Shown: positions 7,634 to 17,158, numbered from the stretch's first letter. The stretch: DNA of 64,000 bases from Minisyncoccota bacterium (GCA_028695415.1 JAQVIY010000002.1:4883-68882), one strand, 5' to 3'. Numbers and translations: made by a program. The notes: a model not told the origin generated them from the letters alone.

Positions 7634-8437
7634 ATGAATAATCCTTTTTCTGAGATATTTGAGAACGGCAGTATACGTCTCGCGATTATCGGTACGCTTT
7701 CTATTCTCTCGCTCTTCTTGCTCGCACAGACGATAACGACCGCGGCAGACTTCGGCAGATCGGGTGTGCCTGCAACCGACACAGTTACGGTACAAGGGTC
7801 CGGTCAAGCGACTATGGCACCGGATGTCGCGCGCATCTCCTTCTCGGTGCAGAATACCGCAGCAACCGTCGCCCTCGCGCAAGAGGCAACAACGAAGCAG
7901 GCAAATGCCGCGCTTGATTTCGTAAAGGCGCAGGGCATTGCAGAGAAGGACGTGAAGACGCTCTCGTACAACATAAGCCCGCAGTATTCGTATCCGAACC
8001 CGTGTCCGCGCGGCGCACTGTGTCCTGACTATAGCGGCACCCCCAAGATTACCGGCTATCAGGTCTCTGAAACGGTACAGATAACAATGCGCGATCTCTC
8101 TGCGGTAGGCGAAATGCTCAGCGGTATCGGAAAGCTCGGCGTGCAGAATGTGAACGGCCCCGACTTTGCGCTTGATGACGCTACTGCCGGCTACAATGCT
8201 GCGCGTGCGGATGCTATCAGCAAGGCGCAGGTGCAGGCGCGACTTCTTGCAAAGCAACTCGGCGTGCGACTCGGTAAGATTGTGAACTTCTCTGAGTCAT
8301 CAGGCGGCTATCCGGTCCCGATGTACGCCTATGGCATGGGCGGCGGCGTTTCTGAAAAAGCGGCGGCCGTACCGAGCGTACCGGCGGGTGAGAATACCTA
8401 TAACGCTTCAGTCTCTATCACCTACGAGATCCGGTAG
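7634..8437 (+). CDS. SIMPL-domain (DUF541) periplasmic protein
   Basis: Signal anchor, then TVTVQGSGQATMAPDVARISFSVQ...ALAQEA pattern of SIMPL/BP26-like proteins. Confidence 0.65.
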   Translation: MNNPFSEIFENGSIRLAIIGTLSILSLFLLAQTITTAADFGRSGVPATDTVTVQGSGQATMAPDVARISFSVQNTAATVALAQEATTKQANAALDFVKAQGIAEKDVKTLSYNISPQYSYPNPCPRGALCPDYSGTPKITGYQVSETVQITMRDLSAVGEMLSGIGKLGVQNVNGPDFALDDATAGYNAARADAISKAQVQARLLAKQLGVRLGKIVNFSESSGGYPVPMYAYGMGGGVSEKAAAVPSVPAGENTYNASVSITYEIR

Positions 8438-8570
8438 AACTTTCCACAAGTCGCATCTGCTTCGTTGCAGACTCCGCTCCTCCCTTACCGTACCGACCAA
8501 GTACGGCTCGGTGCGGTGCTCGCTTGCACCTTGCATCTGCAAGCTTGCGGCGCGTTCTACGATCCGAGGT

Positions 8571-8599
8571 TGACCAGTTTTTGGCCACGTAGTATACTG
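8571..8599 (+). promoter_or_regulatory. sigma70-like promoter upstream of secE-nusG
   Basis: TTGACC - 17 nt - TATACT. Followed at 8612-8636 by hairpin AAAGCCCGCAGGGCTTTTTT inside the leader. Confidence 0.4.
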
Positions 8600-8648
8600 T
8601 CACTGTTGAAAGCCCGCAGGGCTTTTTTATTTACCGAACGCACTACCT

Positions 8649-8834
8649 ATGACCTCACCATTCACCTACCTGAAGCACGTCCGTGAAGAGTTCGCTCATA
8701 TCGTCTGGCCGAGTAATCAGACGGCGCTCGCGCATACGCTCGTCGTCATAGGTATCGCGGTCGCTATCGCGCTCCTTGTCGGCCTCCTCGATTATGTGTT
8801 CGGTCTCGGTGTGAATCGTATTATCGTCGGCTAA
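8649..8834 (+). CDS. secE: preprotein translocase subunit SecE
   Basis: 61 aa with a single C-terminal TM helix. Sits immediately upstream of nusG as in the conserved secE-nusG arrangement. Confidence 0.7.
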   Translation: MTSPFTYLKHVREEFAHIVWPSNQTALAHTLVVIGIAVAIALLVGLLDYVFGLGVNRIIVG

Positions 8835-8845
8835 CTTCTTCATCT

Positions 8846-9481
8846 ATGGACGAACACCTGCACAGCGGAGAGATGGATTTGCCTGAGGAGATTGGTATGG
8901 CAGATATCGCTCCTTCGATGCCGAAGGAGATTCACGATGAAGTGGCTCCGAACAAAGAGGATGCGCGCTGGTACACCATTCATACGTACGCGGGTTATGA
9001 GAACGCTGTCGAGCGCAACTTGAAACAGCGCATCGAATCGCTCGGTATGGAGGGGAAAATATTCGACGTTATCGTGCCGACTGAGAAGAAGATCCGCGTG
9101 AAAGGCGGCAAGCGTATCGTCGAAGAAGAGAAGATTTACCCGGGCTACATCCTCGTGCGTATGATTGTGGACGACGATTCGTGGTTTGTGGTGCGTAATA
9201 CCCCGAGAGTGACCGGCTTCGTTGGCTCTGGTAATACGCCGGTCCCGATGGAGGAAACCGAAGTCGCGACGCTTATGAAGCGTATGACTGCGGAGGCGCC
9301 GAAGCACCGCATCGACCTCGTGAAGGACGACCCTATCGTCATCGCCGACGGCCCGTTCAAGGACTTGGAGGGCAAGGTGGGCGAGATAGACGAAGATCGC
9401 GGAAAGGTGAAGGTGATGGTCTCGATGTTCGGTCGCGAGACGCCGGTCGAGCTCGATTTCCTCCAGATACGGAAACTGTAA
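8846..9481 (+). CDS. nusG: transcription termination/antitermination factor NusG with acidic N-terminal extension
   Basis: NGN domain (WYTIHTYAGYENAV..) and KOW domain (GDGPFKDLEGKVGEIDEDRGKVKVMVSMFGRETPVELDFLQI). About 35 extra N-terminal residues. Confidence 0.9.
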   Translation: MDEHLHSGEMDLPEEIGMADIAPSMPKEIHDEVAPNKEDARWYTIHTYAGYENAVERNLKQRIESLGMEGKIFDVIVPTEKKIRVKGGKRIVEEEKIYPGYILVRMIVDDDSWFVVRNTPRVTGFVGSGNTPVPMEETEVATLMKRMTAEAPKHRIDLVKDDPIVIADGPFKDLEGKVGEIDEDRGKVKVMVSMFGRETPVELDFLQIRKL

Positions 9482-9632
9482 AAAGTCAAAAGCACCAAAC
9501 ATCAAATCGCAAGAACCAAATAAGTACCAAATCAAAATGTTTAAAATTTGGAAATTGGAATTTGAACATTGTTTGGTTCTTGGAGGTTGAGATTTGGAAT
9601 TTTTAAGAACCTAAGGTAAGCTCACACAACAT

Positions 9633-10055
9633 ATGGCAACCGTCGTAAAAAAGATAAAACTCCAGATCCCGGGCGGGAAGGCGACTGCGGCGCCTCCGGT
9701 CGGTACTGCGCTCGGCCCTGCGGGCGTGAATATCGGTCAGTTCGTGACCCAGTTCAACGACGCGACTAAGGACAAGATGGGAACGATTATCCCGGTCGAA
9801 CTCTCGGTCTTCGACGACCGCACGTTCACGTTTATTATGAAGAACCCGCCTGCCTCAAGGCTTATCTTGAAGGCGCTCGGTATCGAGAAGGGTTCGAGCA
9901 AGGCGCGCGAGAAGAAGGCGGGCGTCATCACACAAGCGCAGATTGCTGAAATCGTGAAGGAGAAGAGTCCCGATATGAACGCCATCTCTCCTGAGGCCGC
10001 CGCGCGCACTATCGCCGGCACGGCGCGATCAATGGGCATCGATGTGAAAGGCTAA
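9633..10055 (+). CDS. rplK: 50S ribosomal protein L11
   Basis: [35 protein letters not shown] is a typical L11 N-terminal domain. Confidence 0.9.
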   Translation: MATVVKKIKLQIPGGKATAAPPVGTALGPAGVNIGQFVTQFNDATKDKMGTIIPVELSVFDDRTFTFIMKNPPASRLILKALGIEKGSSKAREKKAGVITQAQIAEIVKEKSPDMNAISPEAAARTIAGTARSMGIDVKG

Positions 10056-10074
10056 TCTCGGACGACAAGACAAG

Positions 10075-10110
10075 AAAAAACGGCACCTTCCTGAGGCGCC
10101 GTTTTTCGTC
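10075..10110. terminator. bidirectional intrinsic terminator between rplK (+) and folA (-)
   Basis: Hairpin AAAAAACGGCACC-TTCCTGA-GGCGCCGTTTTT with T/A runs on both sides. Confidence 0.55.
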
Positions 10111-10121
10111 GATGGTGCGAC

Positions 10122-10664
10122 TTAAGGTACTTGGCGTTTGAATACCGCGAACGTGGATAGGTATTCGTCGCCCACCTCCCACCGTCTTGTGGCTGAACGG
10201 CGGTCACATATCCAGAAGCGGTTATTGAAGGCGGGGAAGTGAGTATCCCCCTCGATCTTGGTCGCGTTCACGAATGTGACATAGAGCGTGTCGGCGCGGG
10301 AGATCAAGGCGCGGTAGAGCATCTCGCCACCGATGCCGCATATCCGCTCGTTTCCCGGGCTGAGCGAAGCGATCTTGAGCGCCTGATCGATGGAGTCGGC
10401 CACGTTTGCTCCAGGAGCATCGTAACCGCGCTGGCTCGTGATGACGATGTTCGTCCTTCCGGGGAGCGGGCGATACCGGTCGGGGAGCGATTCCCATGTC
10501 CTGCGCCCCATGATGCAGGGGTGTTCCATCGTGAGCTCAAGGAAGTGTTTGCGATCGCTCGGGAGGTTCCACGGGATGCGACCTTCTTTGCCGATGACTC
10601 TGTCTGCGGTCGTCATCGCGACGATGATACAAAGACCTGGAATGACCTGAGATTGGTATGACAT
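10122..10664 (-). CDS. folA: dihydrofolate reductase
   Basis: IVAMTTADRVIGKEGRIPW, FLELTMEHPCIMGRRTWES and GRTNIVIT are DHFR motifs. Confidence 0.85.
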   Translation of the reverse strand: MSYQSQVIPGLCIIVAMTTADRVIGKEGRIPWNLPSDRKHFLELTMEHPCIMGRRTWESLPDRYRPLPGRTNIVITSQRGYDAPGANVADSIDQALKIASLSPGNERICGIGGEMLYRALISRADTLYVTFVNATKIEGDTHFPAFNNRFWICDRRSATRRWEVGDEYLSTFAVFKRQVP

Positions 10665-10795
10665 AACTGCCTCCTTTCTGGTGGTTGTCTGCCCGCCATC
10701 TTCCCGCGCTCGAGCCCGGACGTCAATCTTGCGCCCGACCCGCTTGGGGCGTACAGTCGTACTGGGTAATTTTGCTCATTGTATGGAGAAAGGTC

Positions 10796-11440
10796 ATGGA
10801 AACAGGAAATGGCAACGGTGGTAAGAACTCCCTCATGCTCCGGGTCCAGAGGATTCTCCGGGGGTCAGCGACGTTTGAGGATCGGTTCGTTTCCGATCAC
10901 GATGAACTCCTCGAGATGGCACGCATCCTTCGTTCAATGGGGTGCGCAATCGGTTACACCGAGGGGGTATTCGATCTCTTCCACATCGGTCATGCCGACT
11001 ATCTCAAGGTCGGCAAGGACGCGGCAGTAAAGGTGTGCTCATCTGCCGAACAGGTAGTCCTTGTCGTCGGGGCAGATTCCGATGCGCTCACTAAGTCGCG
11101 CAAGGGGCCTGGTCGGCCGATTGCGCCCGAGGGCGAGCGGTGTCAAATCTTGGGGCATCTCCGCTCAGTCGACATCATCACGGTGCTTCATGAGCCGGAA
11201 GTGTTCAATCGGAATTTGCATCCCGAAGTGCGCATCATCTCCGAATCAACCGGGGATAACCCTGACAAGGAGGACATGAAGCGTTATTGCGACGAACTGG
11301 TGTGCCTGCCGCCACAGCGGCCGACTGGCACGACGGCGACTATTCGAACCCTTGCCCTGGAGGGAGGTGTTGCGGCTATCGAGAAGGTGCGTCACAAGTT
11401 GGTGACGGTTCTGGAGGAGACTCTTCATGAACTCGGATAA
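10796..11440 (+). CDS. cytidylyltransferase-like nucleotidyltransferase (RfaE domain II / TagD-like)
   Basis: GGAGAAAGG RBS before the ATG at 10796. HxGH motif GVFDLFHIGHADYLK. VVGADSDALTKSRKGPGRPIAPEGERCQILGHLRSVD parallels ADP-heptose synthase domain II. Confidence 0.65.
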   Translation: METGNGNGGKNSLMLRVQRILRGSATFEDRFVSDHDELLEMARILRSMGCAIGYTEGVFDLFHIGHADYLKVGKDAAVKVCSSAEQVVLVVGADSDALTKSRKGPGRPIAPEGERCQILGHLRSVDIITVLHEPEVFNRNLHPEVRIISESTGDNPDKEDMKRYCDELVCLPPQRPTGTTATIRTLALEGGVAAIEKVRHKLVTVLEETLHELG

Positions 11441-12281
11441 CTCGGCGGTCGTTGCGTACGTGGCCTCGCCGCACGAGGGGTATATGCGCTTCTTCCGCGA
11501 GTATGCCGGCAGTGTCTTGTGGATTCTCGGCGAGGATTTCATCTCCGAAGTCCCCTCGCTCACGAGCCACATGCCGGGCAACCGACCCAGTGATGCGCAG
11601 AAGATGATCGATGCGCTCGGGATATTTCGTGAAGTTCACATCCTCACGAAAGACAATGCCGAGGCAGTCCGGCAATATTCACGCATCATCATGCCGGACG
11701 AAGATGTGTCGCGGGCTATCGCGGGACGCTACTATGCCGATCTCGCAGTGTTCTTCGACGACCGATGGAAACTTCGTTGGTATACGGGAACAGTCGCAAT
11801 TGGGCGGAAGCCCGAAGGAGAGGAGGTCATTTCGGTAGACGAGTTTGACCGGCGATTGCTACTGCAAGCGCAGGAACTCGCAAGGCGAAGTCCCGACTGG
11901 TGGAGGCAGGTGAGCGCGTTCTTGGTTCGCGAGGGTGTAGTGCTTCTCGCGGCCTTCAATGGCCACCATCCCCACGAGCAGAGCTGCTATGTCCTGGGAG
12001 ATCCGCGAAGCTGTTTCGGACCTGGAGAACGTATTGATTTGTCAGCGGCTGGTCACGCAGAGGCGGCATTGGCCTCAGCAGCGCTTAAGCGTGGCATATG
12101 TACTGTCGGCTGCGATCTCTACGTGACTACGTTTCCTTGTCCCGCGTGTGCGTACCTGTGGTCAGAGAGCGGCATTAAGCGTCTTTTCTACGCTGACGGC
12201 TACTCACTTATCGCGGGGGCGGAGGATCTTCAGAGAAACAAGGTCCAGATCATCCGCGTGCTCTTTGACACTCCCCCGTGA
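11427..12281 (+). CDS. CMP/dCMP deaminase-family protein with a roughly 130-aa N-terminal domain of unknown function
   Basis: C-terminal zinc-binding motifs HAE (AAGHAEAALASAA) and PCxxC (VTTFPCPACAYLW). Start overlaps the end of the upstream nucleotidyltransferase gene. A terminator hairpin follows at 12267-12297. Confidence 0.65.
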   Translation: MNSDNSAVVAYVASPHEGYMRFFREYAGSVLWILGEDFISEVPSLTSHMPGNRPSDAQKMIDALGIFREVHILTKDNAEAVRQYSRIIMPDEDVSRAIAGRYYADLAVFFDDRWKLRWYTGTVAIGRKPEGEEVISVDEFDRRLLLQAQELARRSPDWWRQVSAFLVREGVVLLAAFNGHHPHEQSCYVLGDPRSCFGPGERIDLSAAGHAEAALASAALKRGICTVGCDLYVTTFPCPACAYLWSESGIKRLFYADGYSLIAGAEDLQRNKVQIIRVLFDTPP

Positions 12282-12303
12282 TGGGGGAGTTTTATTTTGC
12301 CCG

Positions 12304-12756
12304 CTAGCCGACGGGGAAGGAAACAGTCTTAGATTTTCCACTCTTCTGCAGGGATGGGTAAATCAGGTGCGCGTGGAGATGTGAGACAGTCGCTCCCGTG
12401 AAATTCGTTTCTCCAAAACGCAGGGCAAGGGCGCCTCCTTGTATCTTGTATGTGCGGACGGCCCATCGGCTTAGTCGAAGTATCGCGTCGAAATCTTCGG
12501 CGCTGAGATCGCTGAGTGTCTCTTTGTGCTTTATGGCGATAAGCAAGAAATGTTTTTCCGCATTCTTATACGGCCAGCTATTCTCGGTAAGTATCCACCC
12601 CTTCATTTTCTTCAGGATAGGTTTCTTGTGGTATTTGAAATTTTCTGGGCAAAAAGGACAGTGGCCGATTTTATCTATAGAATCTATGACCTGGCGATAT
12701 TCTTTGCTCTTCGCGAAACGCGGATTTACGACACGAGCTTTCTTTTCCTTCGTCAT
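12304..12756 (-). CDS. HIT-family (histidine triad) nucleotide hydrolase/transferase
   Basis: CxFC (GHCPFCPENF) and the histidine triad VSHLHAHLI. Start assigned to MTKEKK. Noticeably AT-rich compared with its neighbours. Confidence 0.55.
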   Translation of the reverse strand: MTKEKKARVVNPRFAKSKEYRQVIDSIDKIGHCPFCPENFKYHKKPILKKMKGWILTENSWPYKNAEKHFLLIAIKHKETLSDLSAEDFDAILRLSRWAVRTYKIQGGALALRFGETNFTGATVSHLHAHLIYPSLQKSGKSKTVSFPVG

Positions 12757-12835
12757 AGGAATTAACCATATACCAGTGTAGATAATAAAAAAAGCGCCGC
12801 CTCGCAAGGAGGCGGCTTGAGTCCCGAAGGACAAC

Positions 12836-13747
12836 TCAAGGGCTATACGGAATCTTCATGGCCGGACACGGATCGTATTCTTCGATGTTGAAGTGTTCGG
12901 TACGGAAATCGAACAAGTTCGTCACCGAAGGATCGAGCCGCAGAATCGGGAACGGCCGCGGCTTGCGCTCGGCGAGCTCCTTCATTTTCTCGATTTGGTT
13001 CTCGTAGATGTGGACGTCGGCAATGTAGTGAATGTAGTTGCCCGGTTTGAATCCTGTCATCTGACAGATCGCTAGATGAAGCGCGGCATATTGCAACATG
13101 TTGTTGGGGACGCCGAGCGGGAAGTCGCCCGATCGTTGGCTCATCAGCAGGTGCAGTCTGCCGTTGATGACACGCACATGGACCCAGCCGTGGCACGGAG
13201 CAATCTGAACCTTCCGGTTCGGGCCGCAAGCCGTGTAGAACGGAATCCATGGCGTCACCAGGTGAGTGCGGAGCGATGGGTACTGCCGGATCTGATCCAG
13301 TAGCTGTTCAAACTGATTCAGCGTCTTGGGTGCCCAGAACTTCCACCAAGGGCGGGGAACAGGGAAGTCGTGGAATGCCGCTCCATACGAGCCGGGACCG
13401 AGATCATCGGGCGCGAGTCCGAGTACGGTTCCTTTCCCGCGGTACGGACTCCAGAAACCCTTACATCCGTAGGATTCGAGCCCGTCGATTGTGGTCTCCC
13501 CATTGATCATGCCGAAGATCTCGCCGATTGGCTTCCGCCAGAAGGTTTCCATCGAACGTTCGGTGAGCATGGGTATGCCGTTCCGCGGATCGAACACCAT
13601 TGGGGCGAGGGTACCGAAGCATGTGAGTGCGCCGACCCCTTGGGGCGTTTCCTTGATCATCTCCCCGTGTGCGAGGATGTGCTTCACTCGGTCTTGATAC
13701 TGGGTGTCAGGCACCCGATCAGAGAGCGGTTTGTAGAAGGTATTCAT
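12836..13747 (-). CDS. thyA: thymidylate synthase (ThyA family, divergent with insertions)
   Basis: Active-site APCH (IAPCHGWVHVRV). LLMSQRSGDFPLGVPNNMLQYAALHL parallels [26 protein letters not shown]. C-terminus EHFNIEEYDPCPAMKIPY parallels EDFEIEGYDPHPGIKAPV. Start taken at MNTFYKP. Confidence 0.8.
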   Translation of the reverse strand: MNTFYKPLSDRVPDTQYQDRVKHILAHGEMIKETPQGVGALTCFGTLAPMVFDPRNGIPMLTERSMETFWRKPIGEIFGMINGETTIDGLESYGCKGFWSPYRGKGTVLGLAPDDLGPGSYGAAFHDFPVPRPWWKFWAPKTLNQFEQLLDQIRQYPSLRTHLVTPWIPFYTACGPNRKVQIAPCHGWVHVRVINGRLHLLMSQRSGDFPLGVPNNMLQYAALHLAICQMTGFKPGNYIHYIADVHIYENQIEKMKELAERKPRPFPILRLDPSVTNLFDFRTEHFNIEEYDPCPAMKIPYSP

Positions 13748-13842
13748 GCGCGTACTCCTTTTCGGTAGGGTTTTTGGGGAACTGCTATCTTGTCGCATCA
13801 TACGGAACTCTGAAGAATAGTCAAACGTGCTACACTCGCCGT

Positions 13843-15102
13843 ATGTATGAGCACATCGAGAGAGAGGATGCAGAAGTATACGCCGCGCTTATAGGCGAAG
13901 AGAAGCGGCAGGCCGAGGGACTCGAACTTATCCCGAGCGAGAATTATGTCTCGCGTGCGGTGAAGGAAGCGATGGCGTCGTCCTTGACCAATAAATATGC
14001 CGAAGGATATCCGGGGAAGCGTTACTACGGCGGTCAAGAATTCACTGACGCGGTCGAGACGCTCGCGATTGAGCGTGCAAAGAAATTGTTCAAGGCGAAA
14101 TATGTGAACGTCCAACCGCTCGGCGGAGCGAACGCGAACATCGCGATGTATTTCGCGCTCCTTGAGCCGGGCGATACGGTGCTCGGCATGGACCTCTCGC
14201 ACGGCGGACACCTGACTCACGGTCACCCCGTGACCTACCTCACGAAGATTTTCAACTTCGAGCGGTACAAGATGAAGAATGTAGAGACCGGCGAGATAGA
14301 TTATGCCGAGATGCGTAAGGTCGCAAAGAAGATAAAGCCGAAAATTATTCTCGCCGGCTTCTCGGCGTATCCGCGCGAGCTCGACTATAAGAAATTCGTT
14401 TCTATCGCGCGCGAGGTAGGTGCTATTTCGGTCATGGATATCGCGCACATCGCGGGTCTCATCGCGGGGAAAGCGGCGAAAAATCCGTTCGATTACGGCT
14501 TCGACATCATGACGACCACGACGCACAAGACGCTGCGCGGTCCGCGCGGCGGCATGATCCTCATCCGCGAAAGCGAAGAACTCGCGAAGAAGATCAATAA
14601 AGCCGTGTTCCCCGGCTTCCAGGGCGGTCCGCATATGCATCAAATAGCGGCCAAGGCGATTGCGTTTGCTGAGGCGCTTCGCCCGTCGTTCAAGAAGTAT
14701 GCGAAGCAAATCATTTTGAATACGAAGGCGATGGAGAAAGTCTTCAAGAAACACAAAGCGCGCATGCTCACGGGCGGTTCCGATAATCACCTCATCTTGC
14801 TCGACGTATGGACCAGTTTCGGCATCTCAGGCGCCGATGCGGAGGCCTTGCTCGACCGCGCAGGCATCACACTCAATAAGAATGCAATTGCGGACGATAC
14901 GCGAAAGCCGATGGATCCGTCAGGCATACGCTTCGGCACGCCGGCCTTGACCACGCGCGGGTTCAAACAGAGGGAGACGACCCGAGTCGCGGAAATAATG
15001 GTGGAAGTGCTCACCAAACGCGATGATAAAACGGTGAAGCGCGCACGGCAGGAAGTGAAGAGACTTGCGCTCAGTCACCCCATTCCCGAGTCGTTTCTCT
15101 AG
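13843..15102 (+). CDS. glyA: serine hydroxymethyltransferase
   Basis: LELIPSENYVS, SHGGHLTHG and the PLP-lysine region TTTTHKTLRGPRGG. Start at MYEHIERED. Confidence 0.9.
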   Translation: MYEHIEREDAEVYAALIGEEKRQAEGLELIPSENYVSRAVKEAMASSLTNKYAEGYPGKRYYGGQEFTDAVETLAIERAKKLFKAKYVNVQPLGGANANIAMYFALLEPGDTVLGMDLSHGGHLTHGHPVTYLTKIFNFERYKMKNVETGEIDYAEMRKVAKKIKPKIILAGFSAYPRELDYKKFVSIAREVGAISVMDIAHIAGLIAGKAAKNPFDYGFDIMTTTTHKTLRGPRGGMILIRESEELAKKINKAVFPGFQGGPHMHQIAAKAIAFAEALRPSFKKYAKQIILNTKAMEKVFKKHKARMLTGGSDNHLILLDVWTSFGISGADAEALLDRAGITLNKNAIADDTRKPMDPSGIRFGTPALTTRGFKQRETTRVAEIMVEVLTKRDDKTVKRARQEVKRLALSHPIPESFL

Positions 15103-15125
15103 AGAAATCTGATACACTCGCTCGT

Positions 15126-16775
15126 ATGGAAGAGCGAATTAGAAAGGCGGTCGGCGAAGCGCTCAGTGCGGCGGGTGCGGCTGGCACCGTGTTTACCGTC
15201 GAGCGCCCGACTGAGGCCGCGCATGGCGACTATACGACCAACGCCGCGCTCGTGGCGGCGAAGACGCTCGGTAAGAAGCCGCATGAAGTTGCGGATGAGC
15301 TCGCACGCTCGCTTGTCGACTCGCTCGGCGCGAGCGTGAGTCATATCGCGGTGGCGGGTCCAGGATTTGTAAACATTATGCTCGCGCGCGAGGCGATTAC
15401 GTTTGCGGTCGCCGAGGCGGATGCACAGGGCAGCGAATGGGGGAAGGGAACACTCTCGTCTGGACAACGCGTCATGGTCGAATACACTGACCCGAATCCG
15501 TTCAAAGAGATGCATATAGGGCATCTTATGAGCAACACGATCGGCGAAGCACTTTCGCGCCTTATCGAAAGCGAAGGGGCAACAATCATTCGATCGTGTT
15601 ACTCAGGTGATATCGGCCCCCATGTCGCAAAAGCGTTGTGGAGTTTGCGAAAGCAAGGGGTAACAGATCCTGTTTCCGCAACTGAACTCAGTGCCGCATA
15701 TGTGGCAGGCAATCGTGCATATGAAGACTCCCCAGAAGCAAAAGCAGAGATAGATGCACTCAATACCGAAGTCTATAAAGGAGAGGACAAGGCGCTCATG
15801 GAACTTTGGCAAAAAGGTCGCGAGATCGCTCTCGAAGCATTCCGAGGTATTTTCAAAACACTTGGCACGCATTTTGATTACTACTTCTTCGAAAGCGAAA
15901 CCTCGGAGCCGGGCATGCGTATCGTCCGCGACGGCGTGAACAAGGGCGTGTTCGAGGAAAGCGATGGGGCGATTATTTATCGCGGCGAGAAGAAAGGCCT
16001 CCATACGCTCGTGTTCATTACGAGCCGCGGCACGCCGACCTACGAAGCAAAAGACATCGGGCTCGCATTCCTGAAAGAAGAGCGTGTTCAAACCGATCGC
16101 TCGATTATTATGACCGGCACCGAGCAAGTGGGGCATTTCAAAATCGTGCTCGCCGCCCTTTCTGAAATAGCTCCATTACTTGCCAAGAAGACAAGTCATG
16201 TACCGCATGGGCTTTTACGTCTCACCACTGGCAAGATGTCGTCGCGCGAGGGTAATGTCATCACCGCGCTCGAGCTGATCAAAGAAATGATTGCGAAGGC
16301 TTCAGAAAAGAATTCCGACCCACTCATCAGAGAACAAGTCGCTATCGGCGCGATCAAATACATGGTGCTGCGACAAGCGCCGGGTTCGGATATCATCTTC
16401 GACCCCGAGAAGTCGCTCTCGCTCGAGGGCGATTCGGGGCCGTATCTTCAATACGCGCTCGTGCGCGCGAAGTCGGTGCTCGAGAAAGCAACACATGATG
16501 CGCAAGAAAGAAATAGTCCGAACCACCCCTATCTTCTGGAGAGAGTTATTCTGCATTTCCCCGAAGTCGCCGCGCGCGCCGCACACGAGCTCGCGCCAAA
16601 CTTGCTCGTGAATTATCTCACCGAGCTCGCGGGGGAGTGGAACTCTTTCTATGCTGCTGAACGCATTGTCGGCGGCGACTATGAGGCGCATAAGCTCATG
16701 CTCGCGCGCGCGTTTGTGAACACGATGACAAATGGCCTCACGCTTCTTAGTATTCCCACCCCGGAGAAGATGTAA
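15126..16775 (+). CDS. argS: arginine--tRNA ligase
   Basis: Class I HIGH variant (EMHIGHLMSNTIGE) and MSSREG (KMSK-like). 549 aa, with an anticodon-binding C-terminus. Confidence 0.9.
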   Translation: MEERIRKAVGEALSAAGAAGTVFTVERPTEAAHGDYTTNAALVAAKTLGKKPHEVADELARSLVDSLGASVSHIAVAGPGFVNIMLAREAITFAVAEADAQGSEWGKGTLSSGQRVMVEYTDPNPFKEMHIGHLMSNTIGEALSRLIESEGATIIRSCYSGDIGPHVAKALWSLRKQGVTDPVSATELSAAYVAGNRAYEDSPEAKAEIDALNTEVYKGEDKALMELWQKGREIALEAFRGIFKTLGTHFDYYFFESETSEPGMRIVRDGVNKGVFEESDGAIIYRGEKKGLHTLVFITSRGTPTYEAKDIGLAFLKEERVQTDRSIIMTGTEQVGHFKIVLAALSEIAPLLAKKTSHVPHGLLRLTTGKMSSREGNVITALELIKEMIAKASEKNSDPLIREQVAIGAIKYMVLRQAPGSDIIFDPEKSLSLEGDSGPYLQYALVRAKSVLEKATHDAQERNSPNHPYLLERVILHFPEVAARAAHELAPNLLVNYLTELAGEWNSFYAAERIVGGDYEAHKLMLARAFVNTMTNGLTLLSIPTPEKM

Positions 16776-16873
16776 ACTCATATCGGTTGCGCGACTTCGC
16801 TTACTGCGTTAGATTCATCGCAGGATTGCACGTTCGTGCGTCATTTATGTTGTTCAACAAGAGGAGCTTGGAT

Positions 16874-17158
16874 ATGCCGAAAAAGGGAAATGGCTACACC
16901 GCAGCTGCGGCGGTCGCTACCGCTCTGGAAAAAAGCGGGCTGCAACCGAAAACGTTTTTCCAATGTGCAAGCAGGTTCGGGAAGTCGAAACCGCTTGACC
17001 CTTCTGCCGAAGCGGACAGGTTTGTCGCCTGGCAATCAGGCGGGGCCCCCAAAGGCTACACGCCACACCCGATCGCCAGAGCTATGGCCGACTGGATACT
17101 CACTGCCGACCCAAGGAATGTGAGCAGAAGGATTCAGTCTCTCAGCATAGCCCAGTAG
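16874..17158 (+). CDS. hypothetical small protein (weak call)
   Basis: AAGAGGAG RBS before ATG at 16874. No recognisable motifs. Lies in a 470-bp gap between argS and ileS. Confidence 0.25.
   Translation: MPKKGNGYTAAAAVATALEKSGLQPKTFFQCASRFGKSKPLDPSAEADRFVAWQSGGAPKGYTPHPIARAMADWILTADPRNVSRRIQSLSIAQ

Noticed and set aside
13798-14790. 330-aa minus-strand ORF inside glyA
   Set aside because: Lies entirely antisense to serine hydroxymethyltransferase. The Arg/Leu-rich low-complexity translation is typical of a shadow frame.
16787-17158. 123-aa ORF as a full-length gene
   Set aside because: No RBS at the first ATG. A better RBS (AAGAGGAG) precedes an internal ATG at 16874. Even that shorter ORF has no motifs, so it is reported only with low confidence.
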